Of a DNA stretch of 64,000 nt, positions 13,418 through 23,970 are shown one piece after another (the first letter of the stretch is position 1; the number at the start of each line of letters is the position of its first letter). The DNA lies in assembly GCA_002269645.1 (NCBI GenBank), contig NIVC01000364.1:496001-560000 (forward strand), given 5' to 3'. The notes beneath the pieces were generated by a model. That model was not told where the DNA came from, ran no database searches, and saw only the letters and a list, made by a program, of their open reading frames with translations. This DNA comes from Macrostomum lignano (Eukaryota). A program made the translations under genes and the position numbers.

Positions 13418-14572
13418 ATGGAACCAATTCAAGCAGGCTCCCATTTTAGCCGCTCTGAACTTGACATGGAATCTCAACAAGACGATCCGAACGCTAGCAA
13501 GGAGAACCATCCAATGATCAACCGCATGACTGACGAAGAAACGGAAGCTTCTAGTTTCAGTCAGCCACCGGGATCTGGTATTTCTCGAATCGCCAATCGC
13601 TTCAAGCGAAAGCAACAAAATTACTCTTTAATCATAGCTGTAGTCGCAATTACTCTCGGACTTGTTGCGATTGTTGGCCTGGTGGTATTCGGTACCTACG
13701 GACTGCATCTACACGAAGATCACCATGCTCAGACCGCAAGCGGTGGCAGTCCGGTGTTAAAGAAGCTAGAACAGACGGGCCCAGGTGATGTCACTGGAAC
13801 AACACCTTCAACGCCCTCGCGTAAGATCCAATGGGTGAGTAGTATTAGTTTTCAGACTTGAAATACTGTACATGTACGTTTGAAGAGTTTCACGACTTGC
13901 TAGATTGAAACAGTTTGCATCCTTGGTTTTACATGTATACACGTATATATTTTCAGATCCATGTGGCACTGAATATAAAAGATGTTCCAGTATGTACCCT
14001 GGATCTCATTGGACTGAAGCCGTGCAGAAATAGATCAACGTTTATCACTCCAGGTAAAACATTTTGTACAAAGTAACTACAAGCGTGCATTACTTACATT
14101 ACTTTATCTGACTTCAGACTGATCATTTAATAAATTTCAACGCTTCACAGTTGCACCTACTTTGTATCCTCTGCGCTGCGTCGATGATGCCTACCTGTCT
14201 AATCCATCGAATTCGACCAACAACTGCGATCAACTAGGGGCGCTGAGGCTGCATCCGGCTACTGGAATAATTGAAGTGCTCGAAGAGGGCTTTTACATGA
14301 TGATCATGCGGGTCACGATTCGCCTACACGAATCAGCGGAGGTGCACTTTGGCATTGCTATCAATGACGAACACCTGGCTTTCCTGTGCACCGTGAGCAG
14401 CACCGGTGCATCGGGTCCACGCCAGACGGCACCCTATACCCAATGCTCTGTCGAAGGCTTGCGGCGGCTGAAGGTTGGAGACAAAGTCAGGCTATTCTCG
14501 CCTCAGAGTCGCGTCCCGCTGCAGAGCCTGTACCGCAGCACCTACATTCAGCTTGCTCGTCTGGGCGATTAA
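13418..14572 (+). CDS. TNF superfamily ligand (type II membrane protein), 311 aa
   Basis: Exons 13418-13834, 13957-14053 and 14151-14572 have GT-AG junctions with compatible phases (0, 1). One TM helix LIIAVVAITLGLVAIVGLVVF; C-terminal TNF-homology pattern IEVLEEGFYMMIMRVT...CSVEGLRRLKVGDKVRL...STYIQLARL. Confidence 0.8.
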
Positions 14573-16659
14573 TTTTGATTCCATAATTTCTTCAATCACG
14601 TTGGAGTAACACTTTTTGAGAAAATCTGCCTGTCATTCTTTATGACAGTATTATTCAAGCTTGAGTTCTAAAACATTGTTTGTTTTGTTTTGCGTGCATA
14701 TAGATCGAACCATTCTTCGAATAAATGTAAAATACGCCTGTACATGTAATGTGCTGCTTTGCCACAAATTCATAATTGATCATCTCTCTTGCTCAAATAA
14801 TTAAACAACTGTGATACTTTCAAGGTTACCACTTTATCCAAAAAATCCATAAAAGCTGTTTTTATCTCTAAATATTATATACGAATAAAATCCAAAGGAC
14901 AACAATAAGAAATGCAGATACATTTGGTCATTATCTACTTTAGTAGCTAGTTCTTGAAACATCATGTATTTGTATCAGATATATAATAATTATCTTTCTT
15001 TCCCTTAAATTGCGTGTGCATGCATGAGCTGATGATCGATTGTATATTTTGTACACACACTGTATATTTTGCGCACAGATTAATAAAAAAATGCATCTGA
15101 CCACCTGTGCAGCGGATGTATGCATAGTGATTGCAATTCACATCTCTTGCCGATGATTAAATAAAAATGCATTGAAAAATCTTGTATGAATGAGCTGGGA
15201 GTTTACGTTTAATATGGTATATCATGTACGTAGAGCTATAGACGGAAATTAAGCTAATTTGTTGTACATCTCGTTAACTTTTACTCAATTATGTGTATAG
15301 TTTTACGAACAGAGTACATGCATTACGGTCTCAAGGGATGACTTATTTACTTGTCCTTGTACTATCTGCTCGAGGGCGAAGGAAGGCATTTAACTCCATC
15401 ACTCCACTTACATGTACATGTAGTCAGGCCTTCTATAATTTGATGGCTGTCCTTTATTTTTTTTACGCATGGCACCTATTGACATCGTCTATATCATACT
15501 CGTAGATTGGTTCAAGAAGATGGCACGCAAAGTTTCTTTTTTATTTTGGGTGCCGCTGATATGCTATGCTTGACCAAGGACGCGTCATACGTTGTAAACT
15601 GTAAAGTAGAAGGATTGAGAACTGTTTTTTCGTAAAAGATTGAAGCTGCATAAAACATACTCTATGATGACAAAAAATCTTTTTTTGAGACAGCTAAACC
15701 CGCATATAGTTTTTTAGAGGAAACGAATGCCAATGAAAATAGTCCATTTTTATATAAAACTCTTTTTGTTTTACTGCTTTGTTTTACTTTAATTTTATAC
15801 ATCCCTCTTTTTTTTCTTTCTTGATGTGATTTCTGCAATTTTTACACATCCTGTTCAGATTCAGATTTATATCATCTTTAGTATATGGATGCGTGTACAG
15901 TTCGATACGAAGTAGCTAACACTAACGACAACAAGAGGCACCAAAGCAAATGAATTTCTCAATAGGCTAAATGCAATATTGTTATTTAGGACATTAGGTT
16001 CGTTCGTTCGGCCTATTTATATTTATTTGTTTCCTGCCCTAGTAATTTTACTTAACTATATCCCATTTTAAAGTGCCAAAAATCCAAGATATAAAAAAGT
16101 AAAATAAGGACTGGAGCCCCTAGGTTGAATTCCAATATTCTAAATATGGTATAGATTAACTGAACAAACATATAAACACATTGCATTCAAAATGAATCAA
16201 ATTCGTGCCAAAAATTCAACTCATTTTAGCGTCACTGTCACCTGTCCTATATTAAGAGATTTTAGAAAAATGACTAGCAATCTTTGCCCCCCGATGGGGG
16301 ACATCTGGATAGAAACTCCGCTCTGTACAAGTAACAAAGACCCTAGGCCTAGATAGCAAGCATCCCCCAGATAGCCAGCATCCTTAGATACAAAGAATCC
16401 TTTATAGATAGCTAGGCCTAGCAATCCCCTCTCAGATAGCAAGTACCCTCCACCTCTCAAGAGCAAGCACAAGCATCATTCCAATAGCAAGCATCTCAAG
16501 TTACCCTTGTGAGTTACCCCAGATAGATAGCAAGCATCCCTCAGAAAGCAAGCATCCCCTTGATAGCAATTATCTATCCTTAAATAGCAAACATCCACTA
16601 GAAAACAAGTAGCTGCTAGGCCTAGTGCGACAATTACTTTAGCTTTATAGTGGCTTGTT

Positions 16660-17765
16660 TATGTTTGACATGACACTTCTTTTTACATTTGAAATGATGT
16701 CTCCTTTATGTTTGACATGGTGGCTCATTATTGTTTCACATAATGGCTCTTCTATGTTTGACTTGGTGGCTCTTCAAGTTTTGACATGGTGACTTTTTAA
16801 TGTTTGACATGGTGGCTCTTTAAAGTTTGACATGGTGGCTCTTTTATGTTTGACACAGTGCCTCTTTTCTGTTTTACACAGTGCTTCTTTTAAATGTTTG
16901 ACATGGTGGCTTTTTAATGTTTGACCTAGTGGCTTTTTAAGGTTTGACATGGTGGCTCTTTAATTTTTGACATGGCGGCTCTTTTATGTCTGACTTGGTA
17001 GCTCTTTTAGGTTTGAATGGTGTCTCTTTTATGTTTGACTTGGTGGCTCCTTTTTGTGTGACATGGTGTCTCTTTTATGTGTTTAACATTTGATAGAGTC
17101 ACATATATGTTTGACATAGTGGCTCTTTAATGTTTGACATGGTGGCTCTTTTATTGCTTGACATGGTGGTTCTTTAATGTTTGACATGGTGGCTCTTTAA
17201 TGGTTGACATGGTGGCTATTTAATGTTTTACATGGTGGCTCTTTATTATTTGATATGGTGGCTGTTTAATGTTTTACATGGTGGCTCTAATGTTTTACAT
17301 GATGGCACTTTAATGTTTGACATGGAGTCATATATATATGTTTGACATGGTAGCTCTTTAATGTTCAACATGGAATCATGTATATGTTTGACATGGCGGC
17401 TCTTTTATGTCTGACTTGGTAGCTCTTTATGTTTAAAATGGTGTCTTTTTTATGTTTGACATGGTGGCTCCCTTCTGTGTAACATGGGGTCTCTTTTATG
17501 TGTTTAACGTTTGACATGGAGTCACATATATGTTTGACATGGTGGCTCTTTTATGTTTCACATGGTGGCTCTTCAATGTTTGACATAGTGGCTCTTTAAT
17601 GTTTGACATGGAGTCACATATATTTTTGACATAGAGTCATGTATATGTTTGACATGGAGTCACATATATGTTTGACATGGCAGCTCTTTAATGTTTGACA
17701 TGGTGGCTCTTTAATGTTCAACATGGTGGCTCTTTAAAGTTTGACATAGTGGCTCTTTAATGTTA
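16660..17765. repeat. ~23-bp degenerate minisatellite (TTTGACATGGTGGCTCTTTAATG)
   Basis: Directly visible tandem array, preceded by looser GATAGCAAGCATCCC repeats at ~16260-16630. Confidence 0.9.
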
Positions 17766-18299
17766 GCATTTTGTATTTTTTATGGTGTTTTAATAAAAAA
17801 ATTATTCTGCACTACTAAGATTCCAACCCAGATTGCTACATTAGCAGTCCAGTCTGTTTGCGTCTAGGCTATCTTTTATCAATTGGAGAACATGAACTAG
17901 GTTGCCCTTATAATTCAATTCTTATAGGAAGTGGTTAAAGTAAAAAGTTATGACATAATCAATTTCTCAGTCAGCCAGTATCAGTCTCAATTTAAGTTAG
18001 CAATTTGGTTACGCAATTTCAATCAAGTCTTGTGTGCTTTTCTTTGGCACTGTTTTCAACTTGTTGTGATGCAATCTTTATCACAATCAGAATTCAGTCA
18101 GTCAGGTTTTTCTCTAGTATTCTTACAATGCATTTCAAGTTGAAAGAGCTGCTTGACCTTTGCAAAAAGCATTTTTTTCGAATATTTAATTCCTTTAACA
18201 TTGAGCAATTTTTTAGCCAAGATGCATGTACCATCCTAGTTCCCAGGAAAATTTCTGATCAAATGGTGCAAAATTGAAGAAACTCAGTTGAGCCCTTTT

Positions 18300-20148
18300 T
18301 TAAAACTGCAGCTGTCCTTCTTTATTTGCCATCGGTCTTGGAAAAAACGAATTGTCCTTGGTTTTGTTGGGCAGGACTTGAAGGTAGGTCTTAATGAGTT
18401 CATACTGACCGCCATAGATTCTCACTTGCTTTGGGTTGAAACCTTTGGCCTTGACTGGATTGGCACTCTGGTTCTTGGTTCTGAGGTTAGGTAGCTCGTA
18501 ATACTTCTTGCCGTCGCCGTCTTCTTTTTCTACAAGTATGTCTCTCTGACGAAGGTGTTGGAGGTGCTCTTGACCGCGCTCTCCCAAGACATACAATAAA
18601 GTGTAAATCACTTCATCCTGTAGTCGTTCTCCAGTCGAGCGATCAAAGTAACTGGACAACTTGGTTAGATCGGCCCACTCTATCGGTTCGTAACGCTTCA
18701 CGCTCCCGCCTTTAGAATGAAAATCCCGCACCTTAACTCGAAGCATGCGATTGGCAGTAGCAAAGTTAGGATCATCGACGATGTTGAGTTCACGCTTGAT
18801 AATGAAGTGAAAAAATCGCTGGATGCCGGCCCGAATGCAGACCAAGCTAGATGGCGAGTACGACTCTCCATTTGGTTTAGAAAGCCGAAAGTAGTAGAAC
18901 CGCAGGTGCTCGTTGAGGCTACTGGGCTCCATTGTTTTGAGACTTTCAACAGGATGACCCAAGTCACTCATGTAGCTGGCAAACGCTTTGCCATAAAGGA
19001 ACATTTGCTCCTTGGTGGCTCATTCCATATAAGATAGACATATTTGGAAAATAGAAAAAAGTCAATATTTTTGCTTGCCATTGCCTAATTAGCCTATTTT
19101 TTTACCAAATGTTTATATTGTGCAATATATACAATCTAAGAATAAAGGAATGGTAAAATGTTGGATTAGTATGTTATCAATTGGCAAAAAGTCATTTTTG
19201 TAAAAATTTGGACATTTTTTGAAGCAAAAGACATCATTAAGATTTTGTACCTTTTAAAAACAAATAGAAAGCTTTTGAAGGTTGAAACAAAAGTCTATAG
19301 ATAAAAGTATAGTATTTGCATCATCAGATAAAAGCATTGGTGACCAAATAATCTATTATATTTTTAATATATCAGTACCTCAAAGTTACTGAATTGACAG
19401 AAAAAAATATGTTACAACCATAATGTTACGACCATAAGGCTGCCTTTTCTTTTGTATCTTTGTTGCCTTTTGAGTTTATATATTCTAATAAAAGAGTATG
19501 ATTTCTAAAGATGTTCTTAGTCAAGTTTTAAAAATGTATTGCAAAATATCAAAAATGAAAAATGTTATAAGACTTTTACCTTTTAGTTTCTATATGTCAA
19601 AAATCCTGTCGTTACGACCATAAGTGTCATTTAAGGTTTAATAGCATCTATACTAATGATGATATCTATATGAAACTCTATAAATATATTCTAGACAAAA
19701 TAATCTTTCATTTAAAATATTGGTTTAGTATATTCTATTATTAGATTTCATTTTATAAGTAAAAATAACCTGTCATGTTACGACCATGCTTATATGGAAT
19801 GAGCCTGGTCGATCTTGGTAGAGAATCCACCTCGGCCTTGTCCATGACATCAGTAGCAACAGAAGCTCCATCCTCTTCACATTCCGGCAGATCGACACCA
19901 AGCAGTTCATCGTCAGATCGTGAATGATCGGTAATGAAGTTAATAAAGTCCTCCAGCTGATTGTCATCTCGGTGATTGTCACTGCTCAGCTCCGCAATGA
20001 ATGAGTATTCGCTGGATGAAACGCCATCGAGACTATCAACCGGCAGATGAGACCAATTGATAAGATGCGTAGCGGTCATGTTTAAGGCAGGCAAGCGAAG
20101 ACGGCTTAAAATGAAAAACTGAGAAGTCTTCGCTGTAACTTCGAACAT
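18300..20148 (-). pseudogene. Crypton-type (DUF3504-like) tyrosine recombinase ORF, interrupted by MITE A and C-terminally truncated
   Basis: Removing 19017-19805 plus one TSD fuses the two ORFs in frame (...DSLPRST-KEQMFLYGKAF...), giving 351 aa. Motifs LNEHLRFYY..KPNGESYSPSSL..IRAGIQRF, LGERGQEHL and RTKNQ are present. No HxxR or Tyr segment was found after the stop at 18300. Confidence 0.8.
19017..19805. mobile_element. MITE family A, copy 2 (789 bp)
   Basis: Same 17-bp TIR as copy 1; 4-bp TSD TGGT (19013-19016 / 19806-19809). Confidence 0.95.
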
Positions 20149-20272
20149 TTAAGACCAAAGTTTCTGACGAATTACCATAGACGGTATCTAAATTTAGTCA
20201 TGCATTATCAACCATTTGATAATGAAAGAATATTAAATGCCTATTTTGTGTAGAAATCATGAGACAATAATA

Positions 20273-20381
20273 TTGTGTCTATGGTTTTAGGCTTTGATAA
20301 TGCTCAAAGTCACGAGTGGCGAATCACGCGAAGCCACGAGTGTCATTTGAGCATTATCAAAGCCTAAAACCATAGACACAA
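20273..20381. repeat. Perfect 36-bp inverted repeat with a 37-nt loop, upstream of the Crypton ORF
   Basis: TTGTGTCTATGGTTTTAGGCTTTGATAATGCTCAAA (20273-20308) and its exact reverse complement (20346-20381). Confidence 0.9.
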
Positions 20382-21664
20382 CTAACCATTATCAGTTTTA
20401 AAGAATGACCATCCTTGCCATTTTAAATATTTTTTTAACTTCTCAGTATTTATTTAAAAGTTTTAGCAATATTGGAAAATTAGGCAGATTTTATTGACCT
20501 TAAATTGAATTAGTCTAAAATTTCTAGAATATTCTTTGACATGATCAATATTGTACAATTAGAATTACATTAATTTTAACTAAGACCCAAGTAGCGATAG
20601 GCCTATTTTTTGCTTATTTTAAAATAGCATAAATTAAAAGTGCACAATTTACTTTTAGGCCATACTTTAGATTTAATAAGATAATTTTAGTAATTTTTAA
20701 TGGAAACAATTGATATGAAAGTATAGTTCTATTAAGTAATAATTTAACTACTTGAATTTCCTTAAATTGTATACTTGTATTCTCATTATGTCTATTTAGA
20801 AAAAATAGATACATATAAAAAGCAAATGAAATATTATAATATTATATTAATATAGAAACTAGAAATGTCTCAATAAAACTAAAAGCACAATAAAATGAAA
20901 TTTAAATTTAATAAAAAATAATTTACATTTTTTAATCTTATACTCCTAAGCTTATAGTTTTATTCATAATTCAGAAGGCAAAAATTCCTGTATATATTAT
21001 ATGAACAATGAGAAATATATAAATTTCATTTTTACAAAAATAAACAATATTCTTTTATACTTTTTACCTAAAATAATTATCAAAATATCAATTAAAAAAG
21101 CAAGTTATATGAAATGAAAATTCCTTGAAAGATTAATAATTGTTTACTAGACTACAAAAAGTTGGTAGCTGATGTATTAGTAGCATAATACATTTAAATT
21201 CTTATGACTAAATATTTTTAAGCCTTGAGTAAATTATTAAAAAACTACAATATACATTTGGACTAGTATCCAACTTATATAGAATGACCTTTCTGTGGTG
21301 ATACAATCTCAAACAAAGTTAAGGACACAATTGGTCCAAAGCATATTTGACTATGGCTATAAAAAAGCTACAACAACTATTGATAAGCTTATAGAAAAAC
21401 TATTGCTCTTATTGGTATGGTTATAAAGTCTGAAACTTTCCCATCAATTTCGACAGAGATAATTTTGAATTTTGAATTATTAAAAGTACATAAAAATAAA
21501 AAATTAACTTAAAAAATTAAGCATTAATTAAGAACAATGCAAAAGTATTTTATAGCACAAATAACACTTCTCTTCACTTTAGTTGTGATTATGATTGTGT
21601 AATAGTAAAATGGGTACATTGAGTGTGAAGTAGCTTAGCAGTTAATGAGTCTGACCAACCCCAA

Positions 21665-21790
21665 GACACTGAGTGTACATGCCCGATGATAGGAAAGTCA
21701 AGGCCACAGTGTACACCCTGTGTGAGCATATGTATGAGTGCATTCCTGCATACAAACAGCATCTTGTATGTGCCTACAGAAAGAGCTGCT
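21665..21790. repeat. Dispersed SINE-like repeat, copy 1 of 3
   Basis: GAGTGTACATGCC...GTACACCCTGTGTGAGC...ATGAGTGC, also found at ~45450-45540 and ~57528-57710. Confidence 0.6.
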
Positions 21791-21861
21791 CTGATTGCAT
21801 GGCAAAATACAAATGAATAATCATTGCTCAACCCGCTGCAAACTCAGCTCCAGTCGGTACA

Positions 21862-22410
21862 ATGTCCCTGCTAGGTCGCCTGTCCCTATTAGGCCAGTCC
21901 CGCTCAGTGTTGGCCGCAGCCGCCAGTCGGGCTCTGCTGCACTCGAGCCCGGCTTGCCTGGCTGGCAAACGGTCGTGGAATCTCACCCGTCTCAATCACG
22001 TGGCCATAGTTGTGCCAGATTTGAAAGCATCCAGCGACCTATTTAGTAAAGTGTTTGGCGCCAAGGTCAGCCAGCCGGAGGACCTGCCAGAGCACGGCGT
22101 CACTACGGTGTTTGTTGAGCTGGACAATTGCAAACTGGAGCTGCTGCATCCGCTTGGCTCGGACAGCCCGGTGGCAAATTTCCTAGCCAAGAACAAGGCT
22201 GGCGGTATCCATCATATCTGCGTTGAGACTGACAATATCTCCGGGGCGATTGCTGACCTGCCTAAGCACAAGGTGCGCGCTCTTGGCGGCGAAGCCAAAA
22301 CGGGCGCCCACGGCTATCCGGTGGTGTTTCTGCATCCCAAGGATGTTAACGGCGTGCTCACCGAGCTTGAGCAGCCGGACGAGGAATGGAAAAAGCGACA
22401 CGCTAAGTAG
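21862..22410 (+). CDS. MCEE: Methylmalonyl-CoA epimerase, mitochondrial (182 aa, intronless)
   Basis: RLNHVAIVVPDL, EHGVTTVFVELDNCKLELLHPLG, GGIHHICVE, GAHGYPVVFLHPKD..GVLTELEQ; Arg/Ser/Leu-rich N-terminal presequence. Confidence 0.97.
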   Translation: MSLLGRLSLLGQSRSVLAAAASRALLHSSPACLAGKRSWNLTRLNHVAIVVPDLKASSDLFSKVFGAKVSQPEDLPEHGVTTVFVELDNCKLELLHPLGSDSPVANFLAKNKAGGIHHICVETDNISGAIADLPKHKVRALGGEAKTGAHGYPVVFLHPKDVNGVLTELEQPDEEWKKRHAK

Positions 22411-23044
22411 TGCATTATAACTGATTGAAGATACTGACAAGTTCGTAGAAACCCGTTACTCTATTACAGGGATCGGCAAAATATCCAGCTCACGACTGCG
22501 GGCCAAATTAGAGATGGAGGGCAGAGGGAAGTTTCAAAAGACCCGCTTGGTTGACCCCTTCTCTACAAGTATAAATATAGATAAATAGATTAGTGTTTGT
22601 TAATTGGCCCTCTCTTACCATTTTTAAATTTTACTTTCTATAGATACTACTATTGATACAATCTCATTTTAGTTTAATCCGCTTTTTGTACTTCTTTAGT
22701 TCTTGCTCACTCTCTTAGGGTACAGTAATTAGAGACCTTCTCATTGTCTGAACTGTGTGTGTGTTGTGTGTGTTTTCCCTATCCTGTGTACACGCTAATA
22801 TGTACATTCGAATCCATAGAAATTTTAATGTAGTTTTGCTTGTTATAATAAAACACATTAGATAAAACTTGTCGTGCAGTCGAAGTTACTTTTTTCATCC
22901 ATGTTATTACTTTATTTTTGTGATTCAGTTCTGCAGTTCTCAAGGGGTCAGGCAGTATCGGAAAGTGGCTTACGTTAGAGGGAGTTGAAGTGCCAGGGTA
23001 TGTAATCTGATTCCAGTGTCTTTAAAAGTATCTGGTGGAATGTG

Positions 23045-23885
23045 TATCTAAAGGAGTGCCATTGTATCTGAGGGAGTGCCATTGTATCTGAGAGAGTGCT
23101 ATTGTATCTGAGAGAGTGCCATTGTATCTGAGGGAGTGCCATTGTATCTGAGAGAGTGCCATTGTATCTGAGAGAGTGCCATTGTATCTGAGAGAGTGCC
23201 ATTGTATCTGAGGGAGTGCCATTGTATCTGAGAGAGTGCCATTGTATCTGAGAGAGTGCCATTGTATCTGAGAGAGTGCCATTGTATCTGAGAGAGTGCC
23301 ATTGTATCTGAAAGAGTGCCATTGTATCTGAGGGAGTGCCATTGTATCTGAGGGAGTGCCATTGTATCTGAGAGAGTGCCATTGTATCTGAGGGAGTGCC
23401 ATTGTATCTGAGGGAGTGCCATTGTATCTGAGGGAGTGCCATTGTATCTGAGGGAGTGCCATTGTATCTGAGAGAGTGCCATTGTATCTGAAAGAGTGCC
23501 ATTGTATCTGAGGGAGTGCCATTGTATCTGAGGGAGTGCCATTGTATCTGAGAGAGTGCCATTGTATCTGAAAGAGTGCCATTGTATCTGAGGGAGTGCC
23601 ATTGTATCTGAGGAGTGCCATTGTATCTGAGAGAGTGCCATTGTATCTGAGAGAGTGCCATTGTATCTGAGAGAGTGCCATTGTATCTGAGGAGTGCCAT
23701 TGTATCTGAGAGAGTGCCATTGTATCTGAGAGAGTGCCATTGTATCTGAGGGAGTGCCATTGTATCTGAGGGAGTGCCATTGTATCTGAGGAGTGCCATT
23801 GTATCTGAGAGAGTGCCATTGTATCTGAGAGAGTGTCATTGTATCTGAGAGAGTGCCATTGTATCCGAAGGAGTGCCGTTGTATC
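23045..23885. repeat. 20-bp minisatellite (AGTGCCATTGTATCTGAGRG), ~40 units
   Basis: Highly homogeneous tandem array with no spacers. Confidence 0.97.
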
Positions 23886-23970
23886 TTGGTTTTGGAGTCA
23901 TAATTAAATCACCTGATTGGTGTTAAAATTTTCAGCCCAGTAAAACAAAGTTCATTGTCAATCAGAAACA

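Noticed and set aside
22467-22561. CAGGGATCGGCAAA...GGTTGACCCCT mini-element
   Set aside because: It resembles the hAT ends but is degenerate, with no TSD.
22975-23885. Long repetitive ORFs and a CRISPR-like look in the 20-bp array (likewise the other arrays)
   Set aside because: The units are head-to-tail with no unique spacers, no cas genes are present, and the context is eukaryotic. The ORFs arise because the units lack stops.
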